Below, one piece after another: positions 1 to 14,749 of a stretch of DNA of 64,000 nt. The notes beneath the pieces were generated by a model that was given only the letters and a program-made list of their open reading frames with translations, was not told the origin of the DNA and did not search any database. Position 1 is the stretch's first letter, and every line of letters begins with the position of its first letter. The DNA is from Octopus vulgaris (taxonomy: Eukaryota): contig OX597838.1 of assembly GCA_951406725.2 (NCBI GenBank), positions 21,948,001 through 22,012,000 on the forward strand. Reading direction: 5' to 3'. A program made the position numbers and the translations under genes.

Positions 1-210
<210 letters not shown>

Positions 211-639
211 ATGGAAACCAAATAACTCTGCAACAACAAAAGGAAGCGGTAAACGTGCTATTTCATCTTGGTAAAGTGTGAGGACAAAAGTTTTGCTAAA
301 ACAAATAACACCTGCTTAATTAAATAATCAAACTAATTATTAATTATTTAATTAGCGGTTTCTCCATTCATTGAAAATCAGCTTCTTTGTAAATTAAAAA
401 TCGTTAGAGAGTAGAACTTTCCCAGAGCAAAATCCGGTGTGACAAGATCAAGTGTGTAGCATCACTGATGTTTAGTGGAGGTCAGACATGACACATCGTA
501 ATTAAGATCAAAAACAGATGAACCGACTCGGGTAGTTCAAGTTTTTTGTGTTTTGTGCTTTTGTGTGTGTGTGTTTGTATATCCATATGTAACGGTTTCA
601 ACATCTGGCAGCGGCTCGGGAATTTCGGTGTTGAGGGGC

Positions 640-1069
640 AAAGAAGAAGGAAAAGAAGGAGAGGAGGAAGAAGGAGAGGGGGAGAAGAAGAAGAAGAAGA
701 AGAAGAAGAAGAAGAAGAAGAAGAAGAAGGAGGAGGAGGAGGATAATTGAAGAAGAAGAAGAAGAAGAAAAAAGAGGAGGAAGAAGAAGGAGGAAGAGAA
801 GGAGGAGAAGGAAAAGAAGGGGAGGTAGAAGAAGAAGAAGAAGAAGAAGAAGAAGAAAAAGAAAAAGAGGAGGAAGAAGAAGGAGGAAGAGAAGGAGGAG
901 AAGGAAAAGAAGGGGAGGTAGAAGAAGAAGAAAGAGAAGTGGAGGAAGAAGAAGAAAAAGAAGAAAAGGAAGAAATAGAAGAGGAAGAATTAGAAGACGA
1001 AAAAGGAGGTGGACGAAGAAGTAAAAAGATAAAGATGATGATGAACGAAAAAGAATAACACAATAGTAA

Positions 1070-1126
<57 letters not shown>

Positions 1127-1138
1127 CAGCAGCAGCAG
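640..1138. repeat. Compound (GAA/GGA)n and (TAG)n tract with a ~105-bp internal duplication
   Basis: Direct reading; AAAAGAGGAGGAAGAAGAAGGAGGAAGAGAAGG at about 770 and 863. Confidence 0.9.
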
Positions 1139-1489
1139 TTTCTGTTTGCCGTATTGTTGGTGAGTTTTTCTGGCAAAGAAAAATTTAACATGTATCATGA
1201 TTTCATATTCTTGATTACTCCTGAATTCGCAATCCGAATGCAGGTAGGAGTTTCTGTCTATGAATTTGAATGTCTTTAAATAAAAAATATCAGTAATTAA
1301 ATTTTTATCCATTTTCTTCATCTTATTTAAAAACGCTTCGGTGATAACCTAATATACTTGGTTCACTCCGAATGCTGGTATAAGCCAGGGAACTAGGATC
1401 CTCGCATCCCTTAAGGGTCTTAAGTTCCTTGACCAATTAAATGAAATATGTGTGTACGTGTGTGTGTGTGTGTGTTCTCTTGTTCTTTT

Positions 1490-1918
1490 ATTATATTTGT
1501 TTCAGTCATTTGACTGCGGCCATGCTGGAGCACCGCATTTAGTCGAGCAAATCGATCCCAGGACTTATTCTTTGTAAGCCTAGTAATTATTCTATCGGTC
1601 TCTTTTGTCGAACCGCTACTATACGGGGAAGTAAACACACCAGCATCGGTTGTCAAGCAATTTTGGTGGGGCAAACACAGACACACAAACACACATACAC
1701 ACACACATACAAACACACACACACACACACACACAATACACACACACATATATACGACAGTCTTCTTTCAGTTTCCGCCCACCAAATCCACTCACAAGGC
1801 TTTGGTCGGCCAGAGGTTATAGTAGAAGACACTTGCCCAAGTTGTCATGCAGTGGGACTGAACCCAGGACCCTGTGACTGAGAAGTAAGCTACTTGCCAC
1901 ACAGCCACTCCTGTGCCT
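1490..1918 (-). mobile_element. SINE family A
   Basis: Reverse-complement match to 7701-8219. Confidence 0.8.
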
Positions 1919-2816
1919 ATATGTATATGTATGTGTATATATATGTATATATGTATACACAAATGTCTGTGTGTGCGTACGTATTTATGCGTAGTAAATG
2001 TGAGAACAAAAGCAGGTAAGTGAATATATATATGCGTCTATATGTGAGTATACATACATACACATTTCGTGCGTAAATTTACAAACACACACATACATAA
2101 GTACATGTATGTATTTACGTAAGCATATATGTATGTATTTATGTAGGCATCTATGTGTACGCAAACTCGCGCATATGTCCACAAACATACAGACAGACAT
2201 GCGAATAAACATATCCACCTACGCACACAAATAAATTTTATACACCAGTAACGGACTGGATGAATAAGCACTCGACAACAGGAAAGAGGATAAAGTATTG
2301 TTTTTGGAGAACTTAGCTTTCTGGTACCTAAGGCTTCATGCTGACTAATATCAACAATTATTCAACCAGAATTGATTTGCAAATGACACTTAGCTATTAT
2401 AATCGTCAAACAGAATGACAGAACATTATTTATAATTTGAATTAGAGGGGGAAAAATCGTTGCTTTTCATCAGCAGTAAACTCCGGATTCAAGAAGGATA
2501 ACAAATTGTATTAAAAGAATTTTAAGATCCATATCTACGCGTATGGAATGTGTGGACGTGTGTGTGAGTGTGTGTGCGTGCGTGTGTGCGTGTGTGCGTG
2601 TGTGTGTGTGAGCATGTTTATATTTTACGGAATGCATATACACAAATATAATAGATAAGATATTATGTGTACATACATACACATACATGGATACATACAT
2701 ACATACATACATATATATATATAAATAAATATATATATATATACATATATATACACATACATTTATACATAAAATATATATATATATATACATCTCTACA
2801 TACATACATACATACA

Positions 2817-2923
<107 letters not shown>

Positions 2924-2937
2924 TTAGTTATTAGTTT

Positions 2938-3005
<68 letters not shown>

Positions 3006-3006
3006 T

Positions 3007-4095
3007 GTTTCTTTATTAGCCACACAGGGCTGCACACAGATAGAACAAATTACAAGGTAGAGCTTTTCTTTTGAAGGGTTAGAAAAAAAAAAAAAAAAAA
3101 AGGAAGGGGGAGTTTCGATCAAAAGGGATCGTAAAAGGAGAGAAAGAGGACAAAAAAAGGGGGGGGGGGTTAAAAAAAAAAGGGGGGAGGAAAAAAAGTT
3201 GATCAATAGGGATCGTTATCACAGAAATGTCAATATGAAGTGTAAAGGGGAGGACAGGTGAGGTTTACCCGTGGAAAGAAAAGCCTACGGAAAAGACCAC
3301 GGTAACCTCGGTCAATGAAGTCACATTTTATATTTCTTTTTTTTTTTTTTTTTTGCAAATAAGCAACTCTCTGTTTTCGATTTCTGGGTTCATAGGACTA
3401 TGCTCAAGGTGGCTTCGTCATTCATACGTGCCATTCTTGCTACATTCACCCATCTTTTTTTAAAACATTCGCTAGACAAAACTTGCCTCTCTACTCTCAC
3501 TTTCCTTTTCAAGTGGTACTTGAAGAAGTTGATGAGAGATTGACCAGAGAGGAAAGTGTTTGTCTCCAATCCTTTCAGACGCGTCCACCAGATACATTCT
3601 TTCGCCATAGCCACAAGGATGATGAAAATAGCTCTTCCTTCCCGTTTGAAGGAAGGAGGCGTGACAATATTGACGATAGACTCAGCTGATAAACCGACTC
3701 GTCCCACACGTGACAGCAGTTGTTCGACATAAGCCCACAGGTCGGAAATTGTTGGACACTGAACGAGTGCGTGCAGAACGGTTTCGTCGCTCTGACCGCA
3801 TCTCGGGCAGGTCGGCCCCGTGTTTCTCGAGCCGTGTCTGTAGAGCTTATCCCGAACGGGTAGCGCTTCTCGGTAGCACTGCCAGGCCAGGGATCTCTGG
3901 AAGTTGTCCATGGGCCCTGGCCCGAAAGTCGTCCTGAACAGGCGGGTCAGGTACTCCTCGTCGACGTCCCCGAGCTCGTCGTCGTACCTCCCCTCCACTA
4001 AACCCCTATAGAATGCTTTGGTTGTGTTGAAGTCACTTAAGGTCGACCCAGGACGGCAGAGTTGCTTGAGAGCAACGCGACACTCGCGGTGCCAT
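3007..4095 (-). mobile_element. 5'-truncated Tx1/L1-type non-LTR retrotransposon (ORF2 C-terminus plus 3' UTR)
   Basis: ORF 3390..4139 has a zf-RVT-like knuckle (CPRCGQSDETVLHALVQC) followed by AKECIWWTR. The 3' UTR ends AATAAAGAAACAT and runs into (ATCT)n. The 5' break is also flanked by ATCT repeats. Confidence 0.8.
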
Positions 4096-4101
4096 AGATA
4101 G

Positions 4102-5020
4102 ATTGTGTTGAGGAATAAAGTCATGGAAGTCTTTTTCAAATTTAAAAATGCACTCAGAAATAAAATGCATCGACAAAATGTTTTCTGTTATTTGGAAGAA
4201 AATTTTTCGCTGTACAAGATAGTGTCTCGATTTTTATTATTTTTATTGATCTTTGTGTATTTTCAGATCATTGAAATGGAATGCCAAGTGGACAAAACTG
4301 AACATTTTCTACACCATTTGCTTTTTACATTTGATCGAAGTGTTATGGCCGCCGAAGCTGCTTGAGCGATTTGTGCTGTGTATGGAGAAAGAGTAATGTC
4401 TCAAAGTAAAGTACTGCCTATCGTTGGTTTTCGCGCTTCGAAAATGGGAATTTTGACCTCAAGGACAGATCACACACTGGTCGACCAATCGATTTCGATG
4501 GACCTTGCCCATTTGAGTGAAGGTGGTCCACCACAGTTTTTTTTTTAATCATAATCCATCTGCTCCGCCAGTTCTCTGGTCATTTGACGTGGATTTTCTT
4601 GAAGAAGTTCATTCAATCGCTCTTCGACGGACTCAGTTGGTCGACCAGTGTGTGATCCGTCAAAATTCGCATTTTTGAAGCGCGAAAACCGATGGCGGTC
4701 AGTAATTTGAGGCGCTGTCCCTTCTCCATACATAGCACAAATCTCACGAGCAGCGTTGGCGGAATCAGCACTTCGATTAAACGCAAAAAGCAAATGGTGT
4801 TGAAAATGCTCAGTTTTGTCCACTTGACATTTTATTTTTATGATCTGAAAATACACAAAAATCAATGAAATTTTAAAAATCAAAACACACTACCTTGTAG
4901 AGCAAGAAAGTTTTTTTTCGAATAACATAAAACATTTTGCCAACCCGTTTTATTTCTGAGTGCATTTTAAAATTTGAAAACAAAACAAAAAAAAACGCCC
5001 ATGAATTATTCCTCAACCCA

Positions 5021-5022
<2 letters not shown>
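4102..5022. mobile_element. Mariner-derived foldback element (two inverted 5' halves of a mariner)
   Basis: Matching ends ATTGTGTTGAGGAATAAAGTCAT and ATGAATTATTCCTCAACCCAAT. Both arms encode a mariner transposase N-terminal HTH (CQVDKTEHF.HHLLF.F...REICAMYGEG...RFSRFKN.NFD...HTGRP...ENPRQMTRELAEQM) in opposite orientations. Confidence 0.85.
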
Positions 5023-5067
<45 letters not shown>

Positions 5068-5088
5068 CATCCATCCATCCATCCATCC

Positions 5089-5131
<43 letters not shown>

Positions 5132-5152
5132 CATCCATCCATCCATCCATCC

Positions 5153-5207
<55 letters not shown>

Positions 5208-5240
5208 CATCCATCCATCCATCCATCCATCCATCCATCC

Positions 5241-5323
<83 letters not shown>

Positions 5324-5332
5324 CATCCATCC

Positions 5333-5389
<57 letters not shown>

Positions 5390-5413
5390 CGGATTTCTCT
5401 CTCTCTCACTTTC

Positions 5414-5450
<37 letters not shown>
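5021..5450. repeat. (ATCT)n/(ATCC)n followed by (CT)n microsatellite
   Basis: Direct reading. Confidence 0.98.
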
Positions 5451-5454
<4 letters not shown>

Positions 5455-6862
5455 CACACATTGTCTCTAAAATATAAACATAAACTTCAGGTTTCTGCTA
5501 GTATATATATAATACTGATAATAATCCTTGGACGGAATTTATACATATTTTCAGTAACGTTTCTTAAGACCACAGTTCGTATTCATTGGATCCGTTAACG
5601 TCATATCGCCAACAGAAATGAATGCATGGACATGATCTAACAGATATCTATGGATACTACGGACTGTACTGTAAATCATCGAAGGAATACGGACTATGAT
5701 GTTAAGAAACATGTGATTTGTGGAAACGCGCGTAGCGATGCATTAAAATATTTATAAATTTCATCCAAGAATTATTATTATTATTGCTATATTGGTATAC
5801 TGGCACAGCTCGGTGCAACCCTAAAAAAATGGTATTGCCAGTTGGTACCATTAGACTGTAGCTAGTATAATAGAACAGGAGTGTATATATGCATATTCAA
5901 AACATTTCCTGCAAACGAATTTAAAGGATATATATATATGTGCGTATGTTTGTGTGTGTGCGTGTTTGTGTGTTTGTGTGTGTATTCTGGCGCACGTGTG
6001 CGTATGTGCGTGTGTGTGCGTGTGTGAGTGTGTGAGTGCGTGCCTCTGTGCTTCTGTGTGTGTGTGTGTGTGTGCATGTGCGTGTGTATGTGTGCGTACG
6101 TGTGTATGCGCGCGCGCGCGTGTGTATGTGTGTGTACATGTTCGCGTGTGTGTGTGTGTCACAGCCAAAATTTCGTGCATTACATCCAATGGGGCAATTC
6201 TGCTGACCAAAGTATGTGTGTGTGTGCGTTTGTGCGTGTATGTGTATACGTGCGTACGTGCGTGCGTTCGTGTGTGTGTGTGTGTGTGTGTGCGTGTGTA
6301 TGTGTGTGTATGCGTGTGTGCGTACGTGCGTGCGTGTGTGCGTATGTGTTCGTGTGTGTGCGTGCGTGTGTACGTGGTTATGTGCATGCATTCATGTGTG
6401 CGTGCGTGTGTGCGTGTGTGTGTGCATGTGTGTGTGTATGTCACAGCCAGAAATTCACGCTTTTGATCCAACAGGGCCATTCTGTTAACCATAGTATAAC
6501 CAAGAATATAGCTGATCGGAAAGACGATAGCGTTGCGATACAGTTCTCCCATTGGTGATAAACGCATGGTTTCACATTTTTCTCCCGTCTACTGCGGCGA
6601 TGTATTTGAATACACAGAACCAAAATCTGATATCCGGCCCCTCAAATGCCTTTCAATAAGTATGTGCCGGAGCGTACTGAACTTCTTTCATTTCTATATG
6701 ATATCCTTATAAAATAGCGGTGCATCTTATGCGAAAATGCGTCTTATGTCCCTGTTAATGCAGTATATACGTTCATACTCACAGATCACAGAGTTTTAGA
6801 CCCTGTTGCTTTATCTCATTTTTTTTTACACACGCACACACACACATATATATATATATATG

Positions 6863-6899
<37 letters not shown>

Positions 6900-7103
6900 G
6901 TGCATACACACACCATATATGCATATATATATGTGCACATACACACACAGATATTGACACACACACAAACACATGCATGTGTAAAGAAAGCCATCATGTG
7001 ATGTTGGCAAACCTGCAGCCATGAAAGGTTTCTTGTGAGTGCTTTTATACGTGTGTACATATGTGTGTGTGTATGCCTGTGTGTGTATGTCTGTGTGTGT
7101 ATG

Positions 7104-7145
<42 letters not shown>

Positions 7146-7267
7146 CGTGTGTGTGTTTGTGTGTAAGAAAGATGACAAAGGAATAAATGCTTATCATGTA
7201 TATATATGCGTGTGTGTGTGTCCATGTATGTATGTATATGTGTATAAACACATATATGTATGATTGA

Positions 7268-7578
7268 AGGCGCGTGGTTTAGTGGTTAGGGCATTCGGCT
7301 CACGATTGTAATATCATGAGTTCAATTCCAGGCGACGCGTTGTGTCCTTGAGCAAGACACTTTATTTCACGTTGCTGCAGTCCACTCAGCTGGCAAAAAT
7401 GAGTTGTACCTGTATTTCAAAAGGGGCCAGCCTTGTCACATCCTGTGTCACGCTGAATGTCCCTGAGAACTACGTTTCTGTGGAGTGCTCAGCCGCTTGT
7501 ACGTTAATTTCACGAGCAAGCTGTTCCGTTGATCGTATCAGCTGGGACGCTCGCCGTCGTAACCGACGGAGTGCTCCT
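7268..7578 (+). mobile_element. tRNA-derived SINE family C (CORE-like)
   Basis: GGCGCGTGGTTTAGTGGTTAGG (A box), GAGTTCAATTCC (B box), GTGTCCTTGAGCAAGACACTTT, and tail CGTCGTAACCGACGGAGTGC. Confidence 0.85.
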
Positions 7579-7700
7579 TCTAGATATGCATGAAATAATG
7601 TTAAACGAGGCAATTACCTATATAAATTCTTACTTCATGAACCCCTCCTCCCCCCACTCCTGACGAAACTAGTAGCAACTCTAAACTAGAAGTTTACATT

Positions 7701-7867
7701 TAGGCGTAGGAGTGGCTGTGTGATAAGTAGCTTGCTTACCAACCACATGGTTCCGGGTTCAGTCCCACTGCGTGTCACCTTGGGCAAGTGTCTTCTACTC
7801 TAGCCTCGGGCCGACCAAAGCCTTGTGAGTGAATTTGGTAGACGGAAACTGAAAGAAGCCCGTCGTA

Positions 7868-7939
<72 letters not shown>

Positions 7940-7947
7940 TATATATA

Positions 7948-8025
<78 letters not shown>

Positions 8026-8219
8026 CATATGCTTGTCCCGTCAACATCGCTTGACAACCGATGCTGGTGTGTTTACGTCCCCGTAACTTAGCGGTTCGGC
8101 AAAAAGAGACCGATAGAATAAGTACTAGGCTTAGAAAGAATAAGTCCTGGGGTCGATTTGCTCGACTAAAGGCGGTGCTCCAGCATGGCCGCAGACAAAT
8201 GACTGAAACAAGTAAAGAG
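7701..8219 (+). mobile_element. tRNA-derived SINE family A (full length, internal (TA)n(TG)n)
   Basis: Head GGAGTGGCTGTG...GGTTCAGTCCC with A/B-box-like motifs, CORE-like CCTTGGGCAAGT, and tail ...ATGACTGAAACAAGTAAAGAG. About ten copies in the window. Confidence 0.85.
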
Positions 8220-8231
8220 AATTTGTTTACT

Positions 8232-8338
8232 GGTCATGCTTCAAGAACCTTGCGAAAAATTCTTGCAGTTCCAAGCAGTTCTATTATCTTCACACTTGCA
8301 CCGACATTTTTCAGCCATGTTGATAGTTGAGTACTGAT
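8232..8338 (-). mobile_element. Dong/R4-type (RLE) non-LTR C-terminal fragment
   Basis: LLGTARIFRKVLEA* matches the typical R4-clade C-terminal motif. Confidence 0.6.
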
Positions 8339-8367
8339 AATCCTCCTCCTCCTCCTCCTCCTCCTCC

Positions 8368-8467
<100 letters not shown>

Positions 8468-8469
8468 TC

Positions 8470-8680
8470 AGGCGGCGAGCTGGCAGAATTGTTGGCACGC
8501 CGAGCAAAATGCTTAGCGGCATTTCATCCGTCCTTTCGTTGAGTTCGAATTCCACCGAGGTCGACTTCGCCTTTCATCCTTTCGGGGTCGATAAATTGAG
8601 TACCAGTCAAGTACTGGGATCGATGTAATCGACTAGTCCTCTCCCATGAAATTTCAGGTTTTGTGCATACAGTAGAAAGG
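8470..8680 (+). mobile_element. SINE family B
   Basis: Match to 51379 onward. Confidence 0.8.
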
Positions 8681-8755
<75 letters not shown>

Positions 8756-8806
8756 ATTATTACTATAATAATAATAATTATTATTATTATTACTACTATT
8801 ATTATT

Positions 8807-9259
8807 ATTGAGTGAGAGAGCAGTGCAAGCCATCAAAGTGACACCGGGGTAAAATGTACGAAGCCCAGTATACCCATCATGACTACCCATGTGATAAGGG
8901 TACACCAGGCACATGCATCACAACCATATGTGCGCGACATGGTGATCTCATATCAAGATAAGCAGCGCATGACCTTGCAGGTGGAGCCCAGTTAGAATTT
9001 TCTTCTGGTCGAGTAACCCATCCCGCTCAAAAGGTCCCTGAATAAGGATTGTTTAAGGATGTTGAACGAAACACCAATATTTCCAGAGGTGAATTATTCA
9101 AACCCCAAAGAACTCCTCTCAACACATAGCTATAATGCTCCCCCACTTCTTCTGCACGTGATCAGAGATGCACATATCGTCAGCCACTAAGGGACATGCT
9201 CAACTGGTTAAGGTCAAACAACTGACAAGCAAATCTGTGGTATTGAGCAGAATATTTGC

Positions 9260-9261
<2 letters not shown>
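8807..9261 (-). mobile_element. 5'-truncated copy of the (AAT)n-flanked repeat
   Basis: Reverse complement of about 55085-55538, with (ATT)n on both sides. Confidence 0.75.
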
Positions 9262-9348
<87 letters not shown>

Positions 9349-9371
9349 GTAGCAGTAGTAGTAGTAGTAGC

Positions 9372-9406
<35 letters not shown>

Positions 9407-10207
9407 GACCGGTGTAAATTCCACAAAATAGAAGATATCAAGAAGACCTATTTAAGAAAGAGAAAGCCGAATTTGCATATTTATAGCATCCATAGTTTAG
9501 CTTTCTTTAAATATATTCTTGGCGTTCACCTACATTCATTTGCTCACGTCTCCGTCAGCGTTGTCTTTTCCTTCTTTTAATTATTTATATCTTCTCGCCC
9601 TTCTACTCTGATCCATGCTCTATAACTGTGCATCGTCTGTCAAACGGCTTGCAACCGTGTTTCTTTTGAATCCTGATTTTAGGCTAAATTAACCTTTATA
9701 AACAAATATCAATTTTTTTTTAAGCGAGCAAACAAACAAAAAATTATTTGCAATTATGCGTAGGCGATGGCCCGCTATAAAATGAATCAGTTCAATAAAA
9801 AGAAATAATTTTCAATATCAACACACCGCCATCACCATCACCACTGTCTGCTTCACTCCCCCCTCTCTCTATCTCTCTCAATGTAACTGCCTCCCCTGTC
9901 CATCTCTATCTGCCTTTCCATTCAGCTAAGTTCTTAACCACGTGATATGTATACCTTTCCCACTCAACCACACGTCGTTAACACATCTCTGATTTTCTCT
10001 CGTTCTTGGCCACGTATTTTGGCCTAAGTGTATTAATATTAATACACTTTTCTTTTAATATTAATCCCCTTTCTCAACTTCTTCCTGTCTTCTTTGTCCA
10101 ATCTTCCCTTTCTCTCTCTCTCTCTTTCTCACTCATACTCCACTTACACACTCCACCTTCACCTCTCTAAATAGCTAATGTATTACAGATGAACGAACAA
10201 GCAGGTC

Positions 10208-10590
10208 ATTTAGCCCCGCCTTAGCGAAGGCGAATGCATTGTTTTCAGTTGTGTCTATTTGTTTGTTTGTTTGTTTGTTCGTGGACAAGATATCTCAAAG
10301 ACCGCCGGATGGATTCGATTGAAACTTTCAGAGATGTTTGGCCTCGTTACTGGCACGAACTGAATAGCTTTTGGTATCGATCAGGTACCGGACAAGGATT
10401 CTGGAATATTTTTCCTGTTTTTCTTTACTTAAATCTTTAGAGCGGTCGGGTTCATTTTTACTATTCTCGTTTGTGAGAGCAGTCAAGTTTATTTCAGATA
10501 TTCTCATTTTAAAAATCATCTCAGGCTAATCGTTGAGAGAATGTTGGTGTTGCCTTGGCGGAGGTTTGCGATCTATGAATGGTCTTGTTA
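10208..10590 (+). mobile_element. Non-autonomous Helentron-associated element (HINE/DINE-1-like)
   Basis: 5' CCCCGCCTTAGCGAAGGCG (subTIR plus hairpin), a (GTTT)n microsatellite, and 3' CCTTGGCGGAGGTTTGCG..., the typical HINE layout. Confidence 0.6.
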
Positions 10591-10614
10591 TTATTATTAT
10601 TGTTATTATTATTA

Positions 10615-10774
<160 letters not shown>

Positions 10775-11212
10775 GTGTCCAGCTCCACCAGTAAACTTTG
10801 TATTTCTATGAAGTTTATTAAATGCCATTTCTACTTCTGTTTCAGTTAGTACCCACCATGGCCTGGAGTGGAGAGCATAGATTTTTTTTTTTTTATCTAC
10901 ATGCGTTTCTTTTTTTATTAACTCTTGTTGAAATCGTGGCAAGCGTTTCTGCCGCACCCTGTGAGTTTTGCAAGTTGCATGGGTAACATCGCAAGTGCCA
11001 ATCGTACGAAAAAGAAGAAAGATAAAATAAAATGCACATGTGGAAAATGGTTGCCGTTAGGAAGGGCAGCCAGGACGCTGGAGCACAATGTGGTCCTTGG
11101 AGCCATTGTATCCTGTGTAAAAAAAATTTCAGCACATGCTAGCATAGAACATTGGACATTAAATGACAACGACGACGACGATAACGCCGACGACGACAAC
11201 AACGACGATGAC

Positions 11213-11244
<32 letters not shown>

Positions 11245-11807
11245 CGACGACGATGGTAACGATGATGATGTTGATGGAAAGTGAAAGTGAATGTGAAATC
11301 AACTTGATAGAAAACCTGTAACCTTAAAAGCCAGAAAATCTTTGCTTTTGTAGGGGATTCCATACAAATGTAATGGCGATAAAGTAGCACACACACGCAT
11401 ACACAAAGAAACACACTATCATACGCACACACGAGAAACACACACACACACACACACACACACTCTCTCTCACATACACATACACAAAGAAACACGCTCT
11501 CATACGCACACATGAGAAACACACACACACACACACACACACACTCTCTCTCTCTCTCTCACACACAGAAACAAACACAAACACATACATCACAAACGCA
11601 CAAAACATTATCCACAAATAGACGCACACACACACACACACGCGCAGCCATACACACATACACACACAAATGCACAAACACATACACCCTACATCCATAT
11701 AACACATACACACCACCTATACATAACCTTTTATATAAGCATACATACACGCATGCCCACAGCTTTCGCCATCCAATGCTACCAAGCATTTTGTCAGAAA
11801 CGCTAAG

Positions 11808-12022
11808 TCGGCGATGTAGCAGAGTCGGGAAAAAGGCTTAACGGCGCTTCGTCCGTCTTTATGTTTTGGGTTCAAACGCCACCCTGGTCAATGCTGGCTT
11901 TCTTTTTTTTTTTTTTTTTTGGAGGTCGATAAAAAAGTACCAGCTGAGCACTGAGGTCTATGTAATCGACTAATCTCACCCTCCTGAAATTGCTGACCTT
12001 GTGCCAAAATTTGAAACCAATA
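11808..12022 (+). mobile_element. Diverged SINE family B
   Basis: TTCGTCCGTCTTTATGTTTTGGGTTCAAA...GGTCGATAAAAAAGTACCAG. Confidence 0.65.
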
Positions 12023-12054
12023 TTTCCCTCATTTAAGGGGGCGAGCTGGCAAAA

Positions 12055-12528
<474 letters not shown>

Positions 12529-13094
12529 TGACATGTTCCAGTCACTAGACTCTTACCAAGCTGAAGGGTTTTTTGTCGGAAAAATTAAGCTCAGTTATCG
12601 TTTCGAAGTCTGGAACATAGTTCTCTCTATTATCACTTTTCGCCGAGCGTCTAGATTCGGAGGACGTAATGAAACCAACACCGGAAAGTCAAAAAGAAAG
12701 ATCCGTACACCACACACATAGCCCCCACACATTCACACACAAACAAAAACATACTATGGTATTCCTCACAATTTCGATCTAACAGCTTCTCGAGCAAAGC
12801 GTTTGCTCAAGGTCGCGCAAAGACATTTGCTCAAGTTGGTGCACGGCATGAGAGGCTGAACCCGAAACTCTGTAAATGCTAAGCTAACTTCTTAAATACA
12901 TAGTCATGCCTGCGCAAATATCCACAAAAAGACCCCAAAAGAATAAAAGAAAGTACCCGTGCTACATGCCGCGTAGTGGTATTGAACAAGAAACTACATT
13001 AATCAGAAGGAGCTTTATAATTCCCCTACGTACACATGAGGTAAACAAAATTATAGACTACAAAAATATTGTTGCTAATATTTCCCTCTGAAGA

Positions 13095-14065
13095 AGGTGG
13101 CGAGCTGGCAGAACCGTTAGCACGCCGGGCGAAATGTGTAGCCATATTTCGTCTGCCGTTACGTTCTGAGTTGAAATTCCGCCGAGGTAGACTTTGCCTT
13201 TCATCCTTTCGGGATCGATATAATCGAGTCAATCCGTTTGTCTGTCCTTGTTTGTCCTCTCTGTATTTAGTCCCTTGTGGGTAGTAAAGAAATAGGTATT
13301 TCGTCTGCCGCTCCGTTCTGAGTTCAAATTCCGCTGAGGACGACTTTGCCTTTCACCCTTTCGGGGTCGATAAATTAAGTATCAGTTACACACTGGGGTC
13401 GATGTGATAAAACTTAACCCCTTTGTCTGTCCTTGTTTGTCCCCTCTATGTTTAGCTCCTTGTGGGCAATAAAGAAATAAGAAACATTAGCACGCCGTGC
13501 GAAATGCTTAGCAGTATTTCGTCTGCCGTTACGTTCTGAGTTCAAATTCCGCCGAGGTCGACTTTGCCTTTCATCCTTCGGGGATCGCTAAAATAAATAC
13601 AAGTAAAACACTAGGGTCGATGTAATCGACCTTCCGACCCACTCTAACCCTTCCGTCCCACCCCCACGAACTTTCTAGCCTTGTGTAAACATTTGAGACC
13701 AATATTTCCCTCAGATACGGCGATGAGCTGACAGAATCGTTAGCGGGCCGAGTAAAATGCTCAGCGGCACTTCGTCTGCCTTTACGGTCAGGGTTCAAAT
13801 TCCGTTGAGCTCGACCTTGCCTTTCATCCTTTCGGGGTCGACAAAATAAGAACCAGTTGAACACTGGGGTCGATGTAATCGACTTATGCCCTGCTTCGTC
13901 TTTACGTTCTGTGTTCAAATTTCCGCCAAGGTCGACTTTGCATTTCAGCCTTTCCGAATGGATAAAGTAAATTAAGTACCAGTTACATACTAAGGTCGAT
14001 GTAATGGACGTAGTCCCTCTCCCGCTCTCTCCTGCTGGCCTTGTGCCAAAATTCCGAAATCAATA
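13095..14065 (+). mobile_element. Tandem array of about five SINE family B units
   Basis: Repeated TTCGTCTGCC.TTACGTTCTGAGTTCAAATTCCGCCGAGGTCGACTTTGCCTTTCATCC near 13150, 13300, 13520, 13770 and 13895. Confidence 0.85.
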
Positions 14066-14174
14066 TTCCCCCTTAGTTCATTAACACTGGATTTCAAAAG
14101 CTATCTTCTCGCATGCATGAGTTCCTGTATATATGTGTGTGTATATACGTGTGTGTGTTAGTGTGTATCTGTGT

Positions 14175-14233
<59 letters not shown>

Positions 14234-14517
14234 CGTGCGTGCGTATCAGAGCGCAGTATGCCTATTGATGTAATATATTTATATGGCCACCCAAGAAACC
14301 CCATAATTTTCGCGCGCGCTACAAACGCAACAGCAGCGATTTGTGAAGCTTCTTTCCTCTTTCAGGTTTAAAGTATGGAAACTCCGCAGATACAAAATTC
14401 ACTGCTTTTTCTGATCGTTAACCGCTAATAATTTGCAGTTTCCAATGCAATCATGAATTGGTTCAATCGAAAAAATTAAAAATAAAATCTTTTGTATCTT
14501 CATTTCTGCAACATTGA

Positions 14518-14577
14518 CTTTTTTTTTTCTTTGCTCTCCTGTCTTTCTGGCGATCTTTTACTATTTCCTTCCTTTTT

Positions 14578-14641
<64 letters not shown>

Positions 14642-14669
14642 TCCTTCTTTCTTTCTTTCTTTCTTTCCT

Positions 14670-14705
<36 letters not shown>

Positions 14706-14717
14706 TCCTTCCTTCCT

Positions 14718-14749
<32 letters not shown>

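Noticed and set aside
7268-7335. tRNA gene candidates at SINE heads (also 27166, 37170, 51379)
   Set aside because: A/B boxes are present but there is no complete cloverleaf, and each continues into a multicopy SINE body.
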